A stretch of DNA of 64,000 nt from Chloroflexota bacterium. GTDB taxonomy: Bacteria > Chloroflexota > Anaerolineae > Anaerolineales > JBFLVL01. Below are positions 1 through 9,092 of the stretch, piece after piece (position 1 is the first letter of the stretch; each line of letters starts with the position of its first letter). A program made the position numbers and the translations under genes. The notes under the pieces were generated by a model. It was not told where the DNA came from. It was given only the letters and a program-made list of their open reading frames with translations, and made no database searches. The stretch covers positions 17,161 through 81,160 of the forward strand of contig JBFLVL010000014.1 of the NCBI GenBank assembly GCA_040758495.1, given 5' to 3'.

Positions 1-212
1 TCCGCCGTTTCCTGCTGGGCAGTCTATTACCCCAGAATTATGATGTGGTCATAGACGGTCAAAGGGTTGCAGATCTTCGGCAGCGGTTTCACCTTTTTGG
101 TTATGTATTGGACATAGATTTCAGCATGGATACCGCTCGACGACTGGACCACCGATTAGGAATCGCTGCAGCTATCTTACTGGGAACTATTGAGGGTAAA
201 CAGAGATCATAA
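1..212 (+). CDS. 3' end of an unidentified ORF entering the window (partial)
   Basis: Frame is open from position 3 to TAA at 210-212, ending 2 nt before the next ATG. No recognisable motif. Confidence 0.3.
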   Translation, partial: RRFLLGSLLPQNYDVVIDGQRVADLRQRFHLFGYVLDIDFSMDTARRLDHRLGIAAAILLGTIEGKQRS

Positions 213-214
213 AG

Positions 215-805
215 ATGTATGAGAGAAAAATCTACCACGGTGATATAACCCCCAACGAAATTGCCCGTGCTTTGGTAGCCGAATTCAACCACGGTAACCT
301 GCAGGCACAACAACTTGGCCGCGAAGATCAGGTAATTGTACAGATAGCCTCGAGGCTGGGGGCAACTTCTGGGGGACAGACTGCCTTGACAGTGACGCTC
401 CAGGAAATTGAAGACGGGGTTTCAGTACAGATAGGCAAACAGGCCTGGTTTGGCGTGGCCGCCAGTTTAGGGGTTACCGCTTTAGCGGCGTTACGCAACC
501 CGTTTACGCTAATCCATCGGCTAGACGATTTGGCTCAGGATATTGAACATCTAGGATTAACTGACCGCGTCTGCCAGGTTATTGAGGAGACCGTACATGC
601 TTCAGGGGCAGGGCTAGAACTCTCGGAGCGTCTACAACGCGTGGTTTGTGAATACTGCCGTACAGCCAATCAACTGGGTGAAGACCGGTGTATCGCCTGT
701 GGCGCACCGCTTGGAGATGCCCACCCAACCACCTGCCCATCTTGCGGTTTCGTCATCGTGGCCAATGAGGATGCCTGTCCCAATTGTGGGAAGAATATTG
801 GGTAG
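215..805 (+). CDS. hypothetical protein with C-terminal double zinc ribbon
   Basis: 196-aa ORF. The C-terminus carries CxxC...CxxC twice (CEYCRT..CIACG, CPSCG..CPNCG). Tightly coupled to the upstream ORF. Confidence 0.5.
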   Translation: MYERKIYHGDITPNEIARALVAEFNHGNLQAQQLGREDQVIVQIASRLGATSGGQTALTVTLQEIEDGVSVQIGKQAWFGVAASLGVTALAALRNPFTLIHRLDDLAQDIEHLGLTDRVCQVIEETVHASGAGLELSERLQRVVCEYCRTANQLGEDRCIACGAPLGDAHPTTCPSCGFVIVANEDACPNCGKNIG

Positions 806-821
806 AGTGTTCTTGAGATGA

Positions 822-1151
822 TTACTCGTAGCGGTCGCGACCACCACCTGGCCTGCGCCTGCCCCCCCTGCGACGATCACCTCCCCATCTATCGTCACGT
901 TCTTTGCGGGGCCTGGCAATGCTTACCTTTAACGCTCGCTCCTCTATTTCTTTGCCGTTAAACATGCTGATGGCTTTTTGGGCTTCTTCCTGGGTCTCCA
1001 TTTCTATAAACGCAAAACCCTTCGAGCGTCCCGTGTCTCGATCTTTGATGATCTGAACCGATTTCACGGTACCCGCCTGCTCAAACAGAGCCTGCAAATC
1101 AGCATCACTAACGTTGTACGACAAGTTTCCTACATAAAGTTTGTTTTCCAT
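822..1151 (-). CDS. RRM-type RNA-binding protein with RGG-rich tail
   Basis: MENKLYVGNLSY (RNP2) and KGFAFIEM (RNP1) motifs. GGAGGAG lies upstream of the ATG at 1151. The longer ORF-track start at 1238 lacks an RBS. Confidence 0.85.
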   Translation of the reverse strand: MENKLYVGNLSYNVSDADLQALFEQAGTVKSVQIIKDRDTGRSKGFAFIEMETQEEAQKAISMFNGKEIEERALKVSIARPRKERDDRWGGDRRRGGRRRPGGGRDRYE

Positions 1152-1297
1152 CTCTCCTCCTGGAGAAGGCAATACCAGTGATAGCCTGTATTGCCAAACT
1201 GATCGTCTGTCCGGTGGGTATAGTGTATGGACAGACAATATTTTATCCTAAAGAACAAGTAACCAACAATTTATAACTAACAACAAGATGACCTTTA

Positions 1298-1987
1298 TTA
1301 AGAAGCTCTGAGCAATCGGAGGACCCCCTGTATTTCTGGAAGCAGGACAGCCTCTTCATCCGGGTCTGCTACAGGAGCAAAAGGCATTTTTCGTTGACCA
1401 CTGAGGCGTGATTGCAAACGTATGAGCAACCGTTCTAAGGCAGGGATGGCATCCAGGTAGCCTACTTCCCCCAGAAAATGCACCGCTTGTCTACGGATGG
1501 ATAACGGCAATGTACGATCAGCGAGGATGGAGGCTAAGGAGTTGCCAGCGAACGGACAGAGATTTAACAACCGAACCACATGCTCTTCCGCCTCTGCATG
1601 GGTAACCGCAACCTCCAGCAGGGCAAAAATCGAACGACGGCGCATACGACTTAACTGCGCTGAAAGGTGGCGGCGCACATCCGGATGAGAGGTATACCCC
1701 TCCTTGTCGGGGACGAGAATCTCGCCCAGGATGCGAACCACGCTGAAACGTACCTGAAGGTCAGGATCAGTCAGCCGAGTGGCTATCATATAGGCAACCA
1801 GAGGCGATACCCGTGGGGCATTCATCGCTGAGAGGCGTTCTAGTGAATCTAAACGCATCGCGGCTTCAGGGGCCGAGAGCCTTTCGGTTACCCGCCACAC
1901 TGCAGGAAACAACTCAATTTGAGCGGGTTTTATCTCTTCGACTTCAAATAAGGTTTGTTGGGTGAGAGAGGTTGTCTGGATGTCCAT
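1298..1987 (-). CDS. hypothetical protein, HEAT/ARM-like helical repeats
   Basis: ORF; start chosen at MDIQTT. Repeated Leu-rich helices (PDLQVRFSVVRILGEI, LSIRRQAVHFLGEVG). No catalytic motif. Confidence 0.4.
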   Translation of the reverse strand: MDIQTTSLTQQTLFEVEEIKPAQIELFPAVWRVTERLSAPEAAMRLDSLERLSAMNAPRVSPLVAYMIATRLTDPDLQVRFSVVRILGEILVPDKEGYTSHPDVRRHLSAQLSRMRRRSIFALLEVAVTHAEAEEHVVRLLNLCPFAGNSLASILADRTLPLSIRRQAVHFLGEVGYLDAIPALERLLIRLQSRLSGQRKMPFAPVADPDEEAVLLPEIQGVLRLLRAS

Positions 1988-2041
1988 GCATGAATCCCGG
2001 TGGGAATTTCGCCAATAGTATAGCACAAAGTTAAAATAAGC

Positions 2042-3184
2042 TCACATTCTTAAGGTTTGCTTTCGACGATTTTCTATGCTGGCAATCAGGCTGTCAAACG
2101 CAGAGGCAAAAGCCTCCACTCCTTCCTGCTCTAGTTCCTTGGTGATCTGGTTTGGGGATACACCAATGGACTCAAATTGATCGAGCACCTGTTGAGCGGC
2201 TTCCACGTTTTCTGTAATGCTTAGGCGCGCTCGACCGTGATGGCGAAAAGCCTCCAGCGTGTGAGGTGGTACGGTGTTAATCGTTCCCGGGCCGATGAGG
2301 TCTTCGACATATTTAACATCAGAGTAGGCCGGATTCTTAGTGCTGGTTGAAGCCCATAATGGCCGCTGGATACACCCTCCGCGGGATTGCAACTTCTTGA
2401 ACCGAGAGCCCTCAAACACCCGTATAAAACGCTGGTACGCCAGCCTGGCGCTTGAAACCGCAATCTTACCGACTAGGTCGGAGGCCACGCTGGCCCGCGA
2501 ATGTCCTGAGCAGATAACCTCCCCGAGTCTGGCATCGGCTTTGGTGTCTATACGGGATACAAAGAACGAAGCTACCGAGGTAACAGATTGTAGCGACTTG
2601 GCAACTTCCAACCGCTGTTCTAAGCCTGTGAGATAAGCGTCCATCACTTCAGAGTAACGCTCCAGCGAAAAAAGCAAGGTAACGTTGATATTAATCCCCT
2701 GTACAATGGAGGCGGTGATCGCCGGTAGGCCAGTTGTAGTTGCCGGGATTTTTATCATCAGGTTCGGTCGGTCTACCAAGTCCCACAAGCGTTGTGCTTC
2801 TATAACCGTACCCTGCGTATCGTACGCCAGGTGCGGGTTGACCTCCAGGCTGACATACCCATCCACAGCATTCGTCCTGGCATACAAGGGATGGAAAAGG
2901 TCTGCCGCTGCTTGAACATCTTCGACAGTCAAATGTTCGTAGATTTCCTCAGCAGTGTATCCCTCGTTTGCCAGATGGCTGATATCCAGGTCGTATTCGT
3001 TGGTTTGAGAGATCGCTTTTTCGAATATGCTGGGATTAGAGGTCATGCCGCGTATTTCATCCCGCTGGATCATGGCTTCCAGTGTACCATCACGCAGCAA
3101 GCTCCTTTGGATGTTGTCGTACCAGAGCGATTGACCCAAACTATGAAGCGCAGATATTGGATTGGATGCAGCCTCTTTGCTCAT
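2042..3184 (-). CDS. tal: transaldolase
   Basis: N-terminus LGQSLWYDNIQRSLL...RGMTSNPSIFEKAI and IKIPAT motifs are typical of long-form transaldolases. Confidence 0.8.
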   Translation of the reverse strand: MSKEAASNPISALHSLGQSLWYDNIQRSLLRDGTLEAMIQRDEIRGMTSNPSIFEKAISQTNEYDLDISHLANEGYTAEEIYEHLTVEDVQAAADLFHPLYARTNAVDGYVSLEVNPHLAYDTQGTVIEAQRLWDLVDRPNLMIKIPATTTGLPAITASIVQGININVTLLFSLERYSEVMDAYLTGLEQRLEVAKSLQSVTSVASFFVSRIDTKADARLGEVICSGHSRASVASDLVGKIAVSSARLAYQRFIRVFEGSRFKKLQSRGGCIQRPLWASTSTKNPAYSDVKYVEDLIGPGTINTVPPHTLEAFRHHGRARLSITENVEAAQQVLDQFESIGVSPNQITKELEQEGVEAFASAFDSLIASIENRRKQTLRM

Positions 3185-3753
3185 TGGGGCGAGTCAGGCG
3201 GTGGTTGAGGGGCAGCCTGTGTATCGGGGGTTCCTGGGGGGATGAAGAGGCTGACGCCGCAATACGGACATTTGATGACACCTTTACCAACAAACTCTCG
3301 TATCCCGCCACAATTCGGGCATTTATTACTGGCTATCTTGGGAGCGTCTTGTGAGTAAAAGGTCATGGAATCCCAATCAATGTAGCCAGTAAACAAGCCC
3401 AGGTTGACCAGGTCATAAATGGCAGTGCTCACCTCTTCACGGGATAAACCCATCTCTACCATGATGGAACTCAGCGAAACCTGACCCTGTGCCTGAATCA
3501 TGCCTAATATACGTTCCTTCTTCTTCACCTGTTCAAGCTGGCGTGCCTCCGTCCCTCCCTTGATGATGAGATAGACACCCGCACCAACCGTAAGTAGCAG
3601 TGGCATGGCTCCGAACAAGCTGATACCTAAAATTGCACCTGAAAGGCTGGTGCTTCTGGTGACATAACCCGATCCAATGAACAGGGTTGCCAAAACGCAT
3701 ATTCCTACACCTATAAAAATAACGATATATCCGACGGTTTTACCCTGGCTCAT
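3181..3753 (-). CDS. membrane protein with winged-helix-like segment and C-terminal zinc ribbon
   Basis: Two N-terminal TM helices and CPNCGG..CPYCG. The stop overlaps the tal start (ATGA). Confidence 0.5.
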   Translation of the reverse strand: MSQGKTVGYIVIFIGVGICVLATLFIGSGYVTRSTSLSGAILGISLFGAMPLLLTVGAGVYLIIKGGTEARQLEQVKKKERILGMIQAQGQVSLSSIMVEMGLSREEVSTAIYDLVNLGLFTGYIDWDSMTFYSQDAPKIASNKCPNCGGIREFVGKGVIKCPYCGVSLFIPPGTPDTQAAPQPPPDSPQ

Positions 3754-3812
3754 CTCAAGCTCATCCTCCTGATCAAATTAGGAAAAGGGACTCTCTTATT
3801 GGATTCGTGAGT

Positions 3813-5660
3813 TTATCCGAACCCACTGCCACCACCCCCGCCTCCCCCACCTCCTCCCCCTCCCCCAGAGAAGCCTCCGCTGCCTGAGCTGGAAGGCATG
3901 CTGGTCAGCGTGCTGGCCGCGCTGTTTAACATGGAGAAGAAGCCATCACTGATGCTGGACAGGCTGGATAATGTCCCTTTCGAGAGACTATCAAGAGAAG
4001 GTCTGCTCCCAGTTGAACCAGTTCCGGCTCTGCTCATGGTCCCTCTCGAGCCTGAACGCGAAGGGGTGGTCATGGGGATCATCTGATACCAAATGGGAGC
4101 AGGTGTATCCACAACTTCAAAACGTTTCACCCAGGATTTCTCCAATCCGAAGGCAATAGCGTATGGCAGATACTTCTCAAACAGTTCTTTTGCCCCCTCC
4201 ACGCTGGTATAGCGCTCCAGGTTTTGCAAGTAGCGTTTGAATGCCCGCCACTTGGCCGCCTCTTCTGACCCCCGGCGAGTCTTGCGAGGCATAAAAATTC
4301 CCAATATTACAAATCCAATGGCGACCATTTCAAGAGCCACAAACGGCGCCCACGCTAGTGGCAAGGAAGAACCCATGGCTAAAAACAGGAAACAACCCGC
4401 GGGTGCCGCTATCAATAAGACAGAGAGGGCAATGAACGAACTGCGGACTTTATCCGGTCTTTTTGAAAAGAAACCGTTCTTTACGACCTCTTTATACAAT
4501 TCTTCCTTTAGCTTAGGGATTTCCTCATAGAATTTATTCCGTAAATCCGCTAGACGTTTTTCCCGTCCAATCCCAAAAAGACGGTTCAAAAAGAGGCTTT
4601 CATAATCCAACAAAGGTGAACCATCTCCTTGCTGGCGAAAGAAGCTTACCCGTGGGCTGGTGTATCGCCTGCCGCTCCTCGTTAACTGTTCTTCAATTTG
4701 CAGATACCCGCGCCTGGCCAGATCAATCATGGTAGCCAGGATATCCTTGATGTCTGCTTTTTCGTCCAACAACGTACCTACAATGGCAGGTTGAAGTTCG
4801 GCTGGTGGGCGGGGATAATATTCCGGTTCCGGTACTCCCATGGGAACATCTCGCCCATACAAATACCAGACCAGGTAAATCACCACCCCACCGCCAATCA
4901 GGATGAGGAGTGAAAGGGCAAGAAAGCCTAAGATGTATAACGGCTGCCTCTCCTCCTGCACCTGCCAATCTGGAGCCAAATCTGGCACAACACCATGGGG
5001 GAATTGCACTCTGATCTCCCATTCTATGCCAGGGCCAAAAGAGCTGCCTCTAAACTGAAGCGTTGAACCATCTAAAATGACCGAAGCGCCAGATTCCTGA
5101 GAGCCATTTCGGTACGTGGCCATCTTCAATTGGTCGGTCGCAAAATTCGCCGGGAGGTTCACGATCACATCGGCTGATTGGATTGTATAGGCGCGATCTT
5201 CTTCGATGAACTTCCAAAAGAACTGATCGCCACCTTCTTCAATACGCAACGCTCCTATCAGGGTATAGGAAAGGATGAAAGTTCGCGTGCTGTTGGTTGT
5301 CGGTGAAAAGTACCAGGTGATTTTCCGTGAATCCGCACCTGATTCTATGTAAAAGGTGCCTGCATTTTGCGAGCTGGAGCGAGAATACTGGTGATCACCC
5401 TCCCACACATTCCAATCAGTAATGTCCTCTACGCGATTCAGGGGGATATCACGATAAGCATAGGTGAAAGGGCCGCCTGAGAACTGTACCTCCCAAACTT
5501 CCTCCATGTGCACCTTTCCGTTGGTAAGGATAGTGATGGTCGCGTCCCGACGAACGACGGTGACGGACTTGGTTTGTGCCTGGGTGCTGGAAAAGACAAG
5601 GGGAATTAGAAGAAGCCCAACAAGCAGAATGAGCGGAATAGAGATATAGCGTTTGTTCAT
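3813..5660 (-). CDS. DUF2207-like membrane protein with poly-Gly C-terminus
   Basis: Signal peptide from MNKRYISIPLILLV, central TM helices and a C-terminal run of about a dozen Gly. The architecture recalls DUF2207. Confidence 0.55.
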   Translation of the reverse strand: MNKRYISIPLILLVGLLLIPLVFSSTQAQTKSVTVVRRDATITILTNGKVHMEEVWEVQFSGGPFTYAYRDIPLNRVEDITDWNVWEGDHQYSRSSSQNAGTFYIESGADSRKITWYFSPTTNSTRTFILSYTLIGALRIEEGGDQFFWKFIEEDRAYTIQSADVIVNLPANFATDQLKMATYRNGSQESGASVILDGSTLQFRGSSFGPGIEWEIRVQFPHGVVPDLAPDWQVQEERQPLYILGFLALSLLILIGGGVVIYLVWYLYGRDVPMGVPEPEYYPRPPAELQPAIVGTLLDEKADIKDILATMIDLARRGYLQIEEQLTRSGRRYTSPRVSFFRQQGDGSPLLDYESLFLNRLFGIGREKRLADLRNKFYEEIPKLKEELYKEVVKNGFFSKRPDKVRSSFIALSVLLIAAPAGCFLFLAMGSSLPLAWAPFVALEMVAIGFVILGIFMPRKTRRGSEEAAKWRAFKRYLQNLERYTSVEGAKELFEKYLPYAIAFGLEKSWVKRFEVVDTPAPIWYQMIPMTTPSRSGSRGTMSRAGTGSTGSRPSLDSLSKGTLSSLSSISDGFFSMLNSAASTLTSMPSSSGSGGFSGGGGGGGGGGGGGSGFG

Positions 5661-5882
5661 GTTTACTGTACCCTCGCAGAATCTTGATCCTAGCAATCCC
5701 TTCAAAGTGTACGCTATTTTCTCAGTTCAAGCAATATCATATTTTTACCATCCTTCGACTTGGGCATAGAGAAACTGTCCTTCTCCATCAAAAAAACACC
5801 CCGGAGGCAATGCTCCCGGGGCTTAAAATTCTGATCAACCCTGTAGGTTTACGAAAGGTTCCTACATGTGGTTACCCACGTT

Positions 5883-6200
5883 TCAGGAAGCTGTATGCAT
5901 AGTCGAGGGTTGCACAGATTGCTCCTTCACCTGCTTCTTCACCTGCTGCAACAAACCCAAAGCTGCCAACAATGCCACCACCGCTCGTAATCCATTGATG
6001 ATCAGCAAGGTGCCACTGGCAATCCCCACCAGGATTAAAACGGCTTTCTTTATCCCCTCCATGCTGATGACAGGAATCTGCCAGCGAGTCGTTCCAGGGG
6101 CAGAACCAACTAAAATTTCTCTGAGACCACGCACAAATTCCGGGCGCGGTTTTACAGGATGGAGAGCAGATCCAAGGTGTTGCTCAATATCTATGTCCAT
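5883..6200 (-). CDS. small membrane protein
   Basis: 105-aa ORF with a hydrophobic core (AVLILVGIASGTLLIINGLRAVVALLAALGLL). Lies 4 nt downstream of degV. Confidence 0.35.
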   Translation of the reverse strand: MDIDIEQHLGSALHPVKPRPEFVRGLREILVGSAPGTTRWQIPVISMEGIKKAVLILVGIASGTLLIINGLRAVVALLAALGLLQQVKKQVKEQSVQPSTMHTAS

Positions 6201-6204
6201 ATCA

Positions 6205-7047
6205 TCACTCCACGGGGTAAGCCACTAGGCCTACGGTTCCCGGTCCTAAATTTGCCGCTACGGCAATAGAAAGATCCGTCATAATTATATGACGATAGTT
6301 GAACAATCCACGAACACGTTCCAGAAGCTGTTCGCCAACTTTCAGGTCACGAGCATGCACAACCGCGATATTCACGAGGCGATCAGCAAATTGGGCGCGC
6401 AACTTTTCCAAGATGTGAACGATGGATTTGCTGCGCGTTCTCACACGACCGACTATATCCAACATCCCTTCCTGTAACTCGATGATGGGTTTTACGTTAA
6501 GTAGAGAAGCCAGGGCCGCTTGAATAGCCTGTACACGGCCACTCATTCGGGCATAATCCAAAGAGTCCAGGGTCAACACGATACGGATATTCCGACGTAT
6601 ATAGTCCATACGCTCCAGGATTTTCTCCAGAGAAAAGTTCGCCCGCTCCATCTCGCGAGCCTCCCGGCACATGTAGGCCAACCCGGCAGAACCGTTGCCT
6701 GAATCAAAGGGGATTATCTTAAATTCACCTTCAAGCTCCCGGGCAGCCATCTCTGCGGATGCATACGTGCCAGAAAGTTTACCAGTAATATGCATCGAGA
6801 GGATGGTATCTCCACGCTTAGCGATCTGACGATAAAATTCAATAAATTGATGCGGAGATGGTTGAGCTGTCTTAGGGATTACACCCGTTTCGTCTACGAT
6901 TTTATAGAAGTCCTCATCGCTCAAATCTACGCCTTGAAGGTAGATTTTATCTCCAAAATGGATATTAATAGGGATGACTTGAAAGTCGAATACTTCTAAC
7001 CAATCGGGTGGAAAATCTCCAGCACCATCTGTAACGATCCTTAACAT
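6205..7047 (-). CDS. DegV family fatty-acid-binding protein
   Basis: IVTDGAGDFP...TAQPSP...SMHITGKLSGTY is the typical DegV signature. Confidence 0.85.
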   Translation of the reverse strand: MLRIVTDGAGDFPPDWLEVFDFQVIPINIHFGDKIYLQGVDLSDEDFYKIVDETGVIPKTAQPSPHQFIEFYRQIAKRGDTILSMHITGKLSGTYASAEMAARELEGEFKIIPFDSGNGSAGLAYMCREAREMERANFSLEKILERMDYIRRNIRIVLTLDSLDYARMSGRVQAIQAALASLLNVKPIIELQEGMLDIVGRVRTRSKSIVHILEKLRAQFADRLVNIAVVHARDLKVGEQLLERVRGLFNYRHIIMTDLSIAVAANLGPGTVGLVAYPVE

Positions 7048-7061
7048 ACCTGTACTCCTGA

Positions 7062-7646
7062 TTATCGGTGATGTTTTTTCTTCTCTTTCCTGCTTTCTTT
7101 TTTCAGATCTTCCCTTAAGGCAATCAGCGTACGATGATATAAACTTTTGATGGCTCCTTCAGTCCGTCCCATCACATAACCGATTTCGGCATTTGTCAGG
7201 TAGGCAGTGAACTTCAGGATGAGAAGTTGTTGGCGGTCTTCCGACAATCGCTGCACAGCCCTCAACAATTTTTCCTGCTCCTCGATTTCCATTACCTCCA
7301 ATTCAGGGTGTTCGCTGTGCCACTGGGTCGAGATGATCTCCTCTAAGGGTATCATTTGCCATCGGTTGTTATCGCGGTGCCAGTTGGCTACCAGGTTATG
7401 TGCTATGCAATACAACCAGGCAGAAAACGGGACGCCTCGGTCTTCGTAGTTTTCGATATGGCGTAATGCCCGGAAAAATACCCGCGCAGTTAAATCCTCC
7501 GCATCGAACTGATTGCCCGTCCGATAATATATATAGTTGTAAATACGTTCTACATATCGTTCGTACAGCAGTCCAAAAGCTTTCTTGTCCCCTTGAACGG
7601 CTTGGGAGAGAGGGATATTATCAACTTGATCTACCAACAGACTCAC
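7062..7646 (-). CDS. RNA polymerase sigma-70 family (ECF-type) sigma factor
   Basis: Region 2 (FGLLYERYVERIYNY..AEDLTARVF) and a region 4 HTH (LTNAEIGYVMGRTEGAIKSLYHRTL). Confidence 0.8.
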   Translation of the reverse strand: MSLLVDQVDNIPLSQAVQGDKKAFGLLYERYVERIYNYIYYRTGNQFDAEDLTARVFFRALRHIENYEDRGVPFSAWLYCIAHNLVANWHRDNNRWQMIPLEEIISTQWHSEHPELEVMEIEEQEKLLRAVQRLSEDRQQLLILKFTAYLTNAEIGYVMGRTEGAIKSLYHRTLIALREDLKKESRKEKKKHHR

Positions 7647-7863
7647 CCTTCGCCGACAGGGTTTTTAAGGATAACCCCGCCAAATAGTAATAGTTACTTA
7701 TTGCAACTACCGATGGATTGAATATAAAAACTGAGAAAAATGTTTTCACTATGTTCAAGTTGAGAAAGCCGAAAAAACAATTTGGTTTGAGCCTCGTGAG
7801 TATATCACGAAGGTCACAGAAGTGTACAATTTTAGACTAAGATTTGGTATAATAAGAACGCCT

Positions 7864-8242
7864 GGGGATGAACGGTTTCGACGGGTGAGATTGGCCTTGG
7901 ATTGCGAGCCGAGAGGCGCCGACCTCGTAAAATCAGCGCAACCAATAAGTGCCAACCGCACAAATTATGCCGCTCTTCCTCTCGCTGCATAAGCGAACTG
8001 AAGAGCAAGACCCCCAAGGGGTCACGTCCACCTGCACCGCTCTTTGACCGGTCGTAGGATCGGGCGAGACAAAGTCAAAGTGCTGTACGGGATGTCACTC
8101 ACTGTACAAAAGAAAAAGTGACTGGTTACATGATCCCCTTTGTCGTTTGAGAGTCATGTAACGAGAAGAGCAAACGACTAGGCTCGTAGAAATCGAAGGT
8201 ACGTCTCATTCGGACGCGGGTTCGAATCCCGCCATCTCCACC
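7864..8242 (+). ncRNA. ssrA: tmRNA (SsrA)
   Basis: 5' GGGGATGAACGGTTTCGACG and 3' GGACGCGGGTTCGAATCCCGCCATCTCCACC (tRNA-like T-arm and acceptor). The tag frame at 7951-7992 encodes ANRTNYAALPLAA*. Confidence 0.9.
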
Positions 8243-8250
8243 TCTAAAAA

Positions 8251-8271
8251 AGCGCCCCCGGGCGCTTTTTT
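8251..8271 (+). terminator. rho-independent terminator after ssrA
   Basis: AGCGCCC-CC-GGGCGCT stem followed by TTTTTT. Confidence 0.7.
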
Positions 8272-8439
8272 ATTGCATAACCTTTACCACAACCCAAAAA
8301 TCAAGGAATGGTTTCCTTGACAGGGAACCAGGAGTACAATACGATAATCCTCTATAAACCTCAACTAAGACAACTTCACTCAGGATATTTATCCCATCAT
8401 TTTCTGAAGAACCCAACATCCATTATTTTGGAGATTACC

Positions 8440-9015
8440 ATGAACAAACCCTTCTACCGCGTCACCCTGCTATTGGCCTTGATATCGTCAATGCTGATAT
8501 CTGCAGTTCCAGCCAAATCCGATCTGGTACGACTGACCATTATCAACAACAGCAACCGCCATATATCATTGAAACTGGTCGGAGATAACTTTTATTACTT
8601 AACCGTAGAACCAGGAGATACCCAAATTTTCACCCCTATGAGAGGAATATACACAGCGACCTTGTATTCCTGCGGGATCTCTGTCTCCCAAGCATTCGAC
8701 CTGACCAAACGACAAACCCTGATAGTGCCCACCTGTGGTACCAAAGCTTTGAAAAGCTCCCCCAAACCTGGAATGATTGATGGTGGTGAACTGCTTAAGC
8801 TGGTCAAGGTTACTTTCAAGAACAAGACCTTTGGCTATATGACGTTGATATTCAAAGGCCCCCAGACCTATGTTTTTTCCTTTGCCAAAGGGGATGTAAA
8901 ATCCTTCACCATACCCAAGGGGAAGTACACGTACTGGTTATACGGTTGCGGAACAATTCTCACCGCGTCGTTTCACGCGGAGGCAAACAAAGTAAAGGAA
9001 TTCTCTTGCCCTTAG
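8440..9015 (+). CDS. secreted protein with two tandem homologous domains
   Basis: ATG at 8440 gives a signal peptide (MNKPFYRVTLLLALISSMLISAVPA). There are two ~80-aa repeats, each with Y..CG and a terminal C. Confidence 0.55.
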   Translation: MNKPFYRVTLLLALISSMLISAVPAKSDLVRLTIINNSNRHISLKLVGDNFYYLTVEPGDTQIFTPMRGIYTATLYSCGISVSQAFDLTKRQTLIVPTCGTKALKSSPKPGMIDGGELLKLVKVTFKNKTFGYMTLIFKGPQTYVFSFAKGDVKSFTIPKGKYTYWLYGCGTILTASFHAEANKVKEFSCP

Positions 9016-9092
9016 CCCATAAATGCAGGTTCGTAATATCTAACAGAAAAAGGGGTGGCTAACCACCCCTTTGTCATTTCTTACCACCCCAA

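Noticed and set aside
822-1238. Long N-terminal extensions offered by the ORF track. Other cases: 8308, 13486, 14741, 15961, 22044, 40696, 48428, 49185, 51313 and 58947.
   Set aside because: Internal ATGs have an SD sequence or signal peptide and match family N-termini. The extensions overlap upstream genes or repeats.
7755-8017. Two minus-strand ORFs (68 and 61 aa).
   Set aside because: They overlap the tmRNA gene, whose 5'/3' tRNA-like ends and tag frame are unambiguous. No RBS or motif.
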